Source: Pyrinomonadaceae bacterium (GTDB lineage Bacteria; Acidobacteriota; Blastocatellia; Pyrinomonadales; Pyrinomonadaceae). From it: a stretch of DNA of 36,786 bases. Each line of letters begins with the position of its first letter. Positions within the stretch are counted from its first letter, which is position 1. The notes below the pieces were generated by a model. That model worked only from the letters and a program-made list of their open reading frames with translations. It was not told the DNA's origin and ran no database searches. Location of the stretch: assembly GCA_036009085.1 (NCBI GenBank), contig DASYMM010000615.1, positions 1-36,786 on the forward strand, read 5' to 3'. A program made the translations under genes and the position numbers. This document shows positions 1-7,754 of the stretch, one piece after another.

Positions 1-1
1 C

Positions 2-697
2 ACGGGCGGGCGCAAGGTCGGCGTCATCAACATGACGGACAAGGCGGGCGGCGAGCCTTACAACGATCTCGACCTGCACCTGCTGGAGACGATGGTTCCG
101 CAGATGGCGCTCGCGCTCGACCGCGCCGGTTGGCACCAGAAGGCGACGCAGTTTCAACTCCTCTCCATCACCGACCCGCTGACGGGTTTGCTTAATCGTC
201 GCTATCTCGAAGAGCGTCTCGGCGAGGAGTTCGAGCGTTCCAAGCGACACCGTTTCCCCATGAGTTTTTTGATGGTGGATATAGATAATTTCAAGGAGTA
301 TAACGATCTCAACGGGCATCAGGCGGGCGACATCGCTTTGGAGATCACGGCGCAATGTCTGAAGTCTGCGCTGCGTTCGGCTGACGTGGCCTCGCGCTAC
401 GGCGGCGAAGAGTTCAGCATCCTTCTGCCGCAAACCAATCTGACGGAAGCCCTCGTGATCGCCGAGCGCATTCGCAGCCGCGTGGAGAAATCTTCCTACC
501 CGCACGGCGAGAGCCAGCCGCACGGTGCGGTCACTGTCAGCATCGGCGTCTCCGCCTTCGGGCCGAAACTCGAAACCCCTTCGAGCATCATCGGTGCAGC
601 CGACCACGCGCTTTATGTCGCCAAGAGCCGCGGCAAAAACTGCGTCGTCTCTTACGTCCCTCCCACCAATTCATCCCCCGCCCGCGATGTCAACTGA
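2..697 (+). CDS. GGDEF-domain diguanylate cyclase, C-terminal part (5-prime end lies outside the window)
   Basis: Reading frame is open from base 2. Motifs: RYGGEEFSILLP (GGEEF active site), RSAD (RxxD I-site five residues upstream of GGEEF), VDIDNFKEYND. The upstream residues GVINMTDK resemble the end of a GAF domain. Stop TGA at 695-697. Confidence 0.9.
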   Translation, partial: TGGRKVGVINMTDKAGGEPYNDLDLHLLETMVPQMALALDRAGWHQKATQFQLLSITDPLTGLLNRRYLEERLGEEFERSKRHRFPMSFLMVDIDNFKEYNDLNGHQAGDIALEITAQCLKSALRSADVASRYGGEEFSILLPQTNLTEALVIAERIRSRVEKSSYPHGESQPHGAVTVSIGVSAFGPKLETPSSIIGAADHALYVAKSRGKNCVVSYVPPTNSSPARDVN

Positions 698-2957
698 AAA
701 CCTCTTCAAGGCCGCCCCGGCCAAGCGCATACTGGGTCGCGTCGCGCCCGAAAACTTTATCGGGCGAAGCGAACACTTGCGCGAAATCCTCGCGCTCGCG
801 CCGCAGATGGCCGCGCGACGCGGCCTGCTCGTCCACGCCGCGCCCGCCGCCGGAGCCTCGGAACTCTTACGGCAGGCTTACGACAAACTCTTCCAGCAAC
901 GCGGTGGCGCGTCGCCCATCTATTTCGCGTTCACGCGACAGGAACAGACCGTCGCGGCAGCCGCGCGCCGTTTCCTGCACACGTTTCTCACCCAACTCAT
1001 CGCGCACCGTCGCGGCGACGCATCCTACGTCAACGCGCCGCCCGCGCTGCGCGACCTGATTGAACTGGCAGACCCTGCGGACTACGAATGGATCGAACGT
1101 CTCGTCGTGACTTACGAGCGTGCGCGCGAAGCGAGCGACGAACTCGCGCTCGTGCGCCTGTGCCTGAGCGCGCCCGTGCTCGCGGCGGCGCGCGGGGCGC
1201 GCTCCGTCGTATTGGTTGACGAGATACAGAACATCGAAAAGCTCAGAGGCGAAGTCGAACTCGGCAACGAGATCGCGCAGGTCTCGATGCACGGCGACGT
1301 GCCTTTCGTCTTGTGCGGATTGCGTCGCGGCCTGCTCGACGAGTTGAGCGGCGGCAACGCCCCGCACCGTTTCGACGGCTTCGGCACGATTCATCTCGAA
1401 GGCTTGAAGGAGGCGGACGCGCGCACGCTCGTCGAGCGTCTGGCCTACACGGAGCGCGTCGCGCTCAACGACGAGACGCGTGATCTCGTCGTGCAACTGT
1501 TCAACGGCAGCCCGTTTTACATCACGTCGTTTATGTACGCGGCGCACCGGGATAACGTCTCGCTCACGAGTTTTCTAGAGTGCCAGAAAGTTTACGTGGA
1601 CGAAGTTCTGGGCGGGCGCATCAATCGCCGCTTCAACGCCATCCTCGAAGAAGTGACGCCCTCCGTCACCACGCGCCGCGCTCTCGTGCGCCTGTTGCAC
1701 GATGCGGCGACGAACGCCGGAGGCAAGTCGCCCGTTGAGGCTTGGCGCAGGCGTCTCGAACTCGAACCGGACGAACTCTACCCGCTCATGTTCGCCCTCC
1801 ACGTGCGCGAACTCGCCGGCTTCAACGCGACCTTCATGGAGATCGGCACGGAGTCGCTGTGGCGCGATTACCTGCGCGCGAGTTATCGCCTGCAAGTCTC
1901 CGCCGAACCGCGCGCCTTAGTTGTGGCCGACACACTGGTCGAGACTTTGAAGCGTGCGCCGCAGACGATGGCGCGCCACTATCGCCGCGCCGCCGCGCTG
2001 GGCTTGCGCGAACTGCTCGCGCGTTTTGACGAGCAGCGCGTCGCCGCGAGCCTCCTCCATCACGACCGTTTCAGCCGCATCTATCGCGGCATGGAGACGG
2101 ATGAGATCGAACTCGGACTCGACGCCGAAACCGACCTGATACGCCTGCCGCAAATTGTCCACGCGGCGAGTTGCGCTTCGTTCCACCCGCCGATGCTGCA
2201 CGTCTGCGACGAGGAACGCGCCGCCGTCGCACACGGTTTCGACGCGATGCCTTACACGGACGCGAACGAAGTCGTCTGGCTCACCGCCGAGATTGATTCC
2301 AAACTCGAAGCCGGGCGCGCCGTGACAGAAGTTTGGTGCGAACGCCTCACGCAGGTCGGCTACGCCTGCGGCTTCAAACGCTTCAAGCTGTGGCTGGTCG
2401 CCCCCGAAGGATTTTCGGCGGAGGCTTCGGAACTGCTGAACGAGCGAGACGCTTTCAGTTCGAGTCGCAAACAACTCGAACTCCTGACGGCGCGCCTCAG
2501 CCCCGAAACGACCGACGCGCACGCGGCGGCGGAGGCGAATGCGCCGGACGAATTCGAGATGGTGATCCCGATGGGGAGCGATACGGAACTCATCGCGGCG
2601 CACACGGTCGAGCAGATCGCGCGGCGTCTGGACTTCTCGGCGGAGGCCATCAACCAGATAAAAACCGCGCTGATCGAGGCTTGCATCAACGCTTCGGAGC
2701 ACAGTCTCAGCCCCGACCGAAAAATTTATCAACGTTTTCGTCTGGAAAGTGATAAATTAGTAGTCACAGTATCAAGCAGGGGTATTATCGTGCCCTCTCC
2801 CACACATGCCGGAACCAACGGCAGCGAAGCACGAGAAGAGAATAATGGACGCCGGGGCTGGGGTCTGAAACTAATTCGCACTCTGATGGATGAAGTCGAG
2901 TTCGAGCGGGTTGACGACGGCACGCGCCTGCGGATGGTCAAGTACCTACACCGTTAG
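687..2957 (+). CDS. Large multidomain protein: archaeal-type/STAND-like ATPase module with degenerate Walker A, fused to a C-terminal RsbW/SpoIIAB-type anti-sigma serine kinase (HATPase_c)
   Basis: ATG at 687 overlaps the GGDEF stop by 11 nt (ATGTCAACTGA). The N-terminus FIGRSEHLREIL...GLLVHAAPAAGASELLRQ aligns to the FxGRxxEL...GxRRxGKT pattern, but GKT is replaced by GAS. Walker B-like VVLVDEIQNI is present. The C-terminus has an N-box (ALIEACINASEHS) and a G-box (RRGWGLKLIRTLMDEVEF), typical of RsbW-like kinases. The 525 start in the ORF track lies inside the upstream gene and was not used. Confidence 0.75.
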   Translation: MSTENLFKAAPAKRILGRVAPENFIGRSEHLREILALAPQMAARRGLLVHAAPAAGASELLRQAYDKLFQQRGGASPIYFAFTRQEQTVAAAARRFLHTFLTQLIAHRRGDASYVNAPPALRDLIELADPADYEWIERLVVTYERAREASDELALVRLCLSAPVLAAARGARSVVLVDEIQNIEKLRGEVELGNEIAQVSMHGDVPFVLCGLRRGLLDELSGGNAPHRFDGFGTIHLEGLKEADARTLVERLAYTERVALNDETRDLVVQLFNGSPFYITSFMYAAHRDNVSLTSFLECQKVYVDEVLGGRINRRFNAILEEVTPSVTTRRALVRLLHDAATNAGGKSPVEAWRRRLELEPDELYPLMFALHVRELAGFNATFMEIGTESLWRDYLRASYRLQVSAEPRALVVADTLVETLKRAPQTMARHYRRAAALGLRELLARFDEQRVAASLLHHDRFSRIYRGMETDEIELGLDAETDLIRLPQIVHAASCASFHPPMLHVCDEERAAVAHGFDAMPYTDANEVVWLTAEIDSKLEAGRAVTEVWCERLTQVGYACGFKRFKLWLVAPEGFSAEASELLNERDAFSSSRKQLELLTARLSPETTDAHAAAEANAPDEFEMVIPMGSDTELIAAHTVEQIARRLDFSAEAINQIKTALIEACINASEHSLSPDRKIYQRFRLESDKLVVTVSSRGIIVPSPTHAGTNGSEAREENNGRRGWGLKLIRTLMDEVEFERVDDGTRLRMVKYLHR

Positions 2958-2973
2958 AAGGGGCCGCAAAAAA

Positions 2974-3381
2974 ATGGGTAACTCGCACGACCGTTCTCCG
3001 GTGCGCTCCGAGCGCAACGGGGACATCGCCATTATTTATGCCAGCGACTATCTCAACAAGTTGAGCGGCGAACGCGTCGAACGCGAATGCCGCGTGCAAC
3101 TCGACGCAGGCTGCCGCGCGCTTGTCGTTGACTTCAAAAACACCGGACTCGTCAACAGCATCGGCGTCTCGATCATGCTCGGCGTGATTGACGCGGCGGA
3201 GCGCGCCAGCGCGCCGCTCGTCTTCTCGAACGTCAACGCGCAGGCCGCGCAACTCTTCGAGATACTCGGCCTGACGCGCCACGCCCTGCTCGCGCGTGAT
3301 GAAGCGGACGCGCTCGCGATGCTGTCGGAAGTGAACGCCCCGCCGCACGGGCGTCAGGTTCCGGTGGGCAGGCACACTTAA
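2974..3381 (+). CDS. STAS-domain anti-sigma-factor antagonist (SpoIIAA/RsbV-like)
   Basis: ATG at 2974 is preceded by GAAGGGG. The sequence ALVVDFKNTGLVNSIGVSIMLGV matches the STAS phosphorylation loop (DxSxxxxxDSxG-like, candidate Ser in VNSIG). It lies directly downstream of the kinase-domain gene. Confidence 0.8.
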   Translation: MGNSHDRSPVRSERNGDIAIIYASDYLNKLSGERVERECRVQLDAGCRALVVDFKNTGLVNSIGVSIMLGVIDAAERASAPLVFSNVNAQAAQLFEILGLTRHALLARDEADALAMLSEVNAPPHGRQVPVGRHT

Positions 3382-3396
3382 TCGCCGCTTGATTCG

Positions 3397-4671
3397 ATGA
3401 CTGATCAAACAACTAAACTCATTCACGCTTTCTCCGCCCTCGCAGACCTCGGCGAAGAACTCGCCGACACGCGCGACTTCGAGGAGATGGTGCGCTCCAC
3501 GCTCCATGTCGTGCTCGGTTCGCTCGGCGTCATGCGCGGCGCGGTGGCCGAGTATGTGCAGACAGACGATTTGCTGCGCTTCGTGGCCGCGTGGGGACTC
3601 GGCGAAGACACGCCCGAAAAGTTTCCGCTCGATTCCCGAAACGCGGAAATCTTCTCCACGGCAGACCCGCGCGCCCTCTCGCTCGTCGATCAGGAACAAC
3701 TCGCGCTGATCGAAACCCGCCTCGGCACGCAACTCACGGGCGCGCTCCGGGAACTTCACGTCAGTCTCGTCGTGCCGCTCGTCGTGCATAAAAAATTCGT
3801 CGGCGTGATCCTGCTCGGCGGCAAGGCGACGGGAGAAAGTTTCACTTCGGACGAGAGGGAAGTCGTGCGCACGATGGCGCGCCACATCGGCGTGGGGATT
3901 TACAATCACAGGTTGCTGCGCGAAGTGGAGCAGCGCGCGGAAGAGAATCGCGGACTCTACGAAGACTTACGCACCATCTACAAAGACACCGTGCGCGCCT
4001 TTGCGGCGGCGATTGATTGCAAGGACAAATATACGCAGGGGCATTCGGAGCGCGTCGGGAAGTATAGCGAGATCATCGCGCGCGAAATGGGTTGGAGCGA
4101 GGAACGCGTGGAAGGCATCGCGGTGGCGGGTTACCTGCACGACATCGGCAAACTCGTCGTCGAGCGCGACATCATCAACGCGCCCTATAAAATTGACGCC
4201 AAGCAATCGTCCGAACTCAACCGTCACCCCGCCGCCGGTTACGAAATACTCGCGCCCATCAATCACCCGTTCGCGGACATCCCTCTGATGGCGAAGTATC
4301 ACCACGAGCGCATTGACGGGCGCGGCTACCCGGAAGGCTTGACCGGCGAGCAAATCCCTCTGGGCGCGAAGATCGTCTCGGTCGCAGATTCGTTCGACGC
4401 GATGACGACGGATAGGACTTACAAGCGACGAAAAGTTTTCACAGAAGTCGTCGAAGATTTTCGCAAGAACGCGGGCAAGCAGTTTGCACCCGAAGTTCTG
4501 GCCGCACTGTGCCGCGCGCTGTTGAAGGAAGTGCAAGGCGAGACGAAAGAGCGACGCATGACGAAGCTTCTCGGCAAAGACTACCTCGAAGCCGCAGAGT
4601 GCGCGCCGCTCCTCATCGAACTCATCGCCGAACTCGAATCCGGCGCGACGCTCGCCGCGAGCAGCGCGTAG
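3397..4671 (+). CDS. GAF-domain HD-GYP c-di-GMP phosphodiesterase
   Basis: Motifs HSERVGKY, GYLHDIGKL and HHERIDGRGYPEGL (HD-GYP signature). The N-terminal approx 170 aa is GAF-like (FVGVILLGGK). Confidence 0.88.
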   Translation: MTDQTTKLIHAFSALADLGEELADTRDFEEMVRSTLHVVLGSLGVMRGAVAEYVQTDDLLRFVAAWGLGEDTPEKFPLDSRNAEIFSTADPRALSLVDQEQLALIETRLGTQLTGALRELHVSLVVPLVVHKKFVGVILLGGKATGESFTSDEREVVRTMARHIGVGIYNHRLLREVEQRAEENRGLYEDLRTIYKDTVRAFAAAIDCKDKYTQGHSERVGKYSEIIAREMGWSEERVEGIAVAGYLHDIGKLVVERDIINAPYKIDAKQSSELNRHPAAGYEILAPINHPFADIPLMAKYHHERIDGRGYPEGLTGEQIPLGAKIVSVADSFDAMTTDRTYKRRKVFTEVVEDFRKNAGKQFAPEVLAALCRALLKEVQGETKERRMTKLLGKDYLEAAECAPLLIELIAELESGATLAASSA

Positions 4672-4682
4672 CCAAAAGCACT

Positions 4683-4784
4683 CACCGCAGAGGCGCAGAG
4701 CCAAACCGCAGAGGGGGCGCAGAGAATTAAGTTTCTCTGCGCCCCTTCTGCGTGATCTCTGCGTCTCTGCGGTGAAGGTTTTAT
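4683..4784. terminator. Long palindrome of the CGCAGAG family between convergent genes; plausible bidirectional intrinsic terminator
   Basis: Left arm caccgcagaggcgcagag...ccgcagagggggcgcagagaa (4683-4726), loop ttaag, right arm ttctctgcgccccttctgcg...ctctgcgtctctgcggtg (4733-4774). Outer 18 nt pair with 1 mismatch. Flanked by aaaag (4674-4678) and ttttatt (4778-4784), so a short U-run follows the stem on either strand. Confidence 0.55.
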
Positions 4785-5077
4785 TGCTCCGGTTGTTTGC
4801 ACCCCGGCCCTAAGAGCGCGTCAATCTTGCCGCTGAGGATGGGATGCTTGTCTGCCTCCGCGTTCAATTCCACCCAGTCTTGAAACTCGACGGGCAGCGC
4901 GGCATCCGAGAAGATCGCTTCGACGGGACACTCCGGCACGCACGCGTCGCAATCAATGCAGGTTTCCGGGTTGATGTAGAGACGATCCGGCAGTTCGTGG
5001 AATGCTTCGACGGGGCAGACCGCCGCGCAGTCCGTGTATTTGCAATCAACGCAAGCCTCGGTCACGATATACGTCAT
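4781..5077 (-). CDS. fdxA: 7Fe-type ferredoxin (3Fe-4S plus 4Fe-4S)
   Basis: MTYIVTEACVDCKYTDCAAVCPVEAF...CIDCDACVPECPVEAI gives the CxxCxxxxCxxxCP and CxxCxxCxxxCP cysteine patterns. Start taken at the ATG at 5077 (MTYIV) rather than the ORF-track start at 5152. Confidence 0.85.
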   Translation of the reverse strand: MTYIVTEACVDCKYTDCAAVCPVEAFHELPDRLYINPETCIDCDACVPECPVEAIFSDAALPVEFQDWVELNAEADKHPILSGKIDALLGPGCKQPEQ

Positions 5078-5152
5078 CGTCTGTTTGTCTCCTCGAACAA
5101 TCCGCCAAAAGTTTCGCGCGCCGGTTTTGTCAACACGCGCGCCGCGCATCAA

Positions 5153-6007
5153 TCAACGCGGTTGGATGCGCAGGGTGTAGCTGCAAATTTCGATCTTGTC
5201 GTCGGGCGCGACGGGCACGCTCTCGTCGCGCGGGGCTTCCGTGCCGGAGATGAGCGTGGCGTTGCGGCCTTTGGCGGTCAGCCAGTATTTGCCTTCGGGG
5301 TCGCGCGAGAGCGTCGCATGCACGCGGCTCACTTCCGGGTCGCCCTTGATCGGCAAGTCAACCGCGACGGACTTCGAGCCGCGCCCGATGGTGATCTCAG
5401 GCTTCGTGACCGGCACGACTTGTTGACGCACGCCGCCGCGCCACAGTTCGACCGCAAACAACTCGACGACCCGCGCGCTGACGCGTGTGACTTCGCCTTC
5501 GTTCGGTTCGCCTTCGCCCTGCAAGGCCGCATCGGGCGTCGTCGTCGCGCCAATCTCCGCCGCTTCGGGGCGCGCCGTCACCATCGTGTGCCCGCTCTCG
5601 GTCGCGTCCCAGACGGGCTGCACGCGAAACTGCCCCTTCTCCAGAGTGCCGTCCACGCGCAGTTCGACGGCGAAGGATTTCGTGGCGAGTTGCGTCGAGC
5701 CGCTCAATTCGCGCGCGCGTTCGGAGAGCACGTAGAAGAGTCCCTGTTCGAGGCCGCGCCGCTTCTCGCCCTGCCAGTCCTTGTCGTCTTCGCCGCTTAG
5801 ATAGACGATGTACTCGGGCGGGATGTAGGTCTGCCCGCCGGGCGGCGTGAACATCTCGCGCTGCATCACGATCTCTATTTCGCGCGCGACCTTGACCAGA
5901 AACTCTTCCCAGACGCGGCGCGGTTTCGCCTGCTCGTCAACGGAAGCGAGCGGGTCTTCCTCGCCCTCGCCATCAATCCACTTGCGTATGGATTCCAGTA
6001 TGCTCAC
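5153..6007 (-). CDS. FHA-domain protein with FhaA-like (DUF3662-like) N-terminal domain
   Basis: C-terminal FHA core: ITIGRGSKSVAVDLPIKGDPEVSRVHATLSRDPEGKYWLTAKGRNATLISG. GTG start at 6007 preceded by GAGAGGTGG. The N-terminal region (IPPEYIVYLSGEDD) resembles the FhaA N-domain. Confidence 0.8.
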   Translation of the reverse strand: MSILESIRKWIDGEGEEDPLASVDEQAKPRRVWEEFLVKVAREIEIVMQREMFTPPGGQTYIPPEYIVYLSGEDDKDWQGEKRRGLEQGLFYVLSERARELSGSTQLATKSFAVELRVDGTLEKGQFRVQPVWDATESGHTMVTARPEAAEIGATTTPDAALQGEGEPNEGEVTRVSARVVELFAVELWRGGVRQQVVPVTKPEITIGRGSKSVAVDLPIKGDPEVSRVHATLSRDPEGKYWLTAKGRNATLISGTEAPRDESVPVAPDDKIEICSYTLRIQPR

Positions 6008-6078
6008 GTTTCATCCACCTCTCACGTCATGTGCGCCAACAACTCGCTCTTGCGTTCAAAAAAACTTATCTGAAAAAC

Positions 6079-7701
6079 TTATCTTAACCTCGTGCCGTCA
6101 ATCCAGCCTTGATCCGCAGACTCTTCTCCGAGACGCGGGAAGCCGCGCTGTATTATTTCGACTTCGCACCAGTTGCCGCTCACTTGCAGGATACGCACGC
6201 GCGAACCGCTCTCCACCTCGCCGATCCTGTTATAAGTTCTGCCCGCGCCGGATCGCAAGTTGACGTTGGTGGTCGTCGTCATCTCGCGCCCGACTTGCAG
6301 GCCGCCGGGATTCGCAGGCGTCGTGCTCTGTCCGGTTGACGCCGGAGCCGTGGGCGCGCTGCGTTGACGGCTGCGCACTTGATATTGAATGCCGAGCAGC
6401 AGGAGCGCAAAACCCGCGAGCAGGAGCAGCGCGACGATCCACGGGCGCGCGTGTTCCGTAAACCAGGTCTTGCGCGGCATGAGCGTCGCGCCGCGTTCTT
6501 TAGGCTTCGCGGCGGGCGCGTCCGGCTTCGGCGGCGTCTGCATCTTCCGCTCGTTTGACGTTTGAGACATCGCCGCCGTGGCTGCCGCCGCTTCAACTGC
6601 TTTCGCCTGCGGCTTGGGCGGCTCGGCGAGCGCGACGGGCACGACGATGCGCGGGCGAACTTTCGCGCCGCCGCTTTGCTGTTGCGGTTGAACCTGCGGC
6701 TCGAATTGCGCGGGCGACGGTTCGGGCGGCAGAGGCACGACGCGCTGTGCGCCGCTGACTTGCGAGAGCGGGCGCGTCTCTTCGCCGTTCGGCTGCGTCA
6801 AGAGTTGCGTCTTCGGCATCAGGGCGTCGCTCAGTTCGTTCCAGAAATCGCGCACGCTCTGGTAACGCTTCGCCGGGTTCGTCTCCGTGCCGCGACGCAA
6901 AACGCGCAGGACGAAAGAAGCCCACGGCGCATCAGCCATGTGCGCCGGCAACTCCGTGATCGGTCGCTGCGAGAAGCGTCGCGGCGCTTCGCCGGTCAGG
7001 AGCATGTAAGCCGTCTTCGCGAGCGAGTACACGTCTGCGGCGGGCGTCAGTTGCGTGACGGGGCTGGTGAGCGAGCCTGTGCCGAGCACCCCGGCCTGCA
7101 TGAGCGGGTGATGCTCCGGCGCGGCGTACACGTCCGTCCCGACGCGTGTGATCAAGCCTTCGGTGGCCTCGATTTTGGCGACGCCGAAGTCCGCGATCTT
7201 GACGACCTGCCTGTCGGCCGTGAGTAAAAGATTCTGCGGCTTGATGTCTCTGTGAATAACGTCGTGCTCGTGCGCGTGCGCGAGGCCGTCGCAGATTTGG
7301 TCTAGATAGTAGAGCGCGCGGTCGAGCGTGAGCGGGTGGCTGCGGCAGAGCGCGGCCATGTCGCCGCCGGGCAGGTATTCGAGGACGAGATAGTGAAACG
7401 TCGTGCCCGCCATGTCTATCGCCGTGCCGTGGCCGAGACGATTGATGATGTTCGGATGGCGCACGCGGTCGAGCGCGACGGCTTCGTTGCGAAAATTTTC
7501 GATGAGCGTGTGTTCGAGTTCCTGATCAATCGAGCCTTGCAGGAAAAGGTTGAGGGCTTTGATGACGACCATCTGCGGCGAGCCGCCGCCCGCCGCCGCG
7601 TCGCGCGCCAGATAGACTTCGGCATAGCTGCCGCGCCCCAGACATTCGAGAATGTCGTAGCGCCCGTCGAGCCTGCACTGTTGAAGTCTTAATTCACTCA
7701 T
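6079..7701 (-). CDS. Transmembrane Ser/Thr protein kinase with extracytoplasmic SH3b-like domain
   Basis: Hanks motifs GRGSYAEVY, VVIK, HRDIKPQNLLL, IADFGVAK, YAAPE. Pro/Ala-rich linker, then TM segment WIVALLLLAGFALLLLGIQY. C-terminal NVNLRSGAGRTYNRIGEVESGSRVRILQVSGNWCEVEI is SH3_3-like. Confidence 0.88.
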   Translation of the reverse strand: MSELRLQQCRLDGRYDILECLGRGSYAEVYLARDAAAGGGSPQMVVIKALNLFLQGSIDQELEHTLIENFRNEAVALDRVRHPNIINRLGHGTAIDMAGTTFHYLVLEYLPGGDMAALCRSHPLTLDRALYYLDQICDGLAHAHEHDVIHRDIKPQNLLLTADRQVVKIADFGVAKIEATEGLITRVGTDVYAAPEHHPLMQAGVLGTGSLTSPVTQLTPAADVYSLAKTAYMLLTGEAPRRFSQRPITELPAHMADAPWASFVLRVLRRGTETNPAKRYQSVRDFWNELSDALMPKTQLLTQPNGEETRPLSQVSGAQRVVPLPPEPSPAQFEPQVQPQQQSGGAKVRPRIVVPVALAEPPKPQAKAVEAAAATAAMSQTSNERKMQTPPKPDAPAAKPKERGATLMPRKTWFTEHARPWIVALLLLAGFALLLLGIQYQVRSRQRSAPTAPASTGQSTTPANPGGLQVGREMTTTTNVNLRSGAGRTYNRIGEVESGSRVRILQVSGNWCEVEIIQRGFPRLGEESADQGWIDGTRLR

Positions 7702-7754
7702 GCGTTGTTCGCAAACTTAACTCAAAACCTTTTCGCCCAAACGACAGAGACAAC

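Noticed and set aside
525-686. Upstream extension of the ATPase-kinase ORF to the 525 start
   Set aside because: The extension lies inside the well-supported GGDEF coding region in another frame. The ATG at 687, overlapping the GGDEF stop, is the sensible start.
4844-5800. Long antisense ORFs opposite real genes (for example 4844-5800, 15951-16994, 17732-19285, 24430-25179, 28635-29654, 30949-32262)
   Set aside because: Their translations are Arg/Ala/Gly-rich with no motifs. They fully overlap genes that have clear family signatures on the other strand. These are the shadow ORFs typical of GC-rich DNA.
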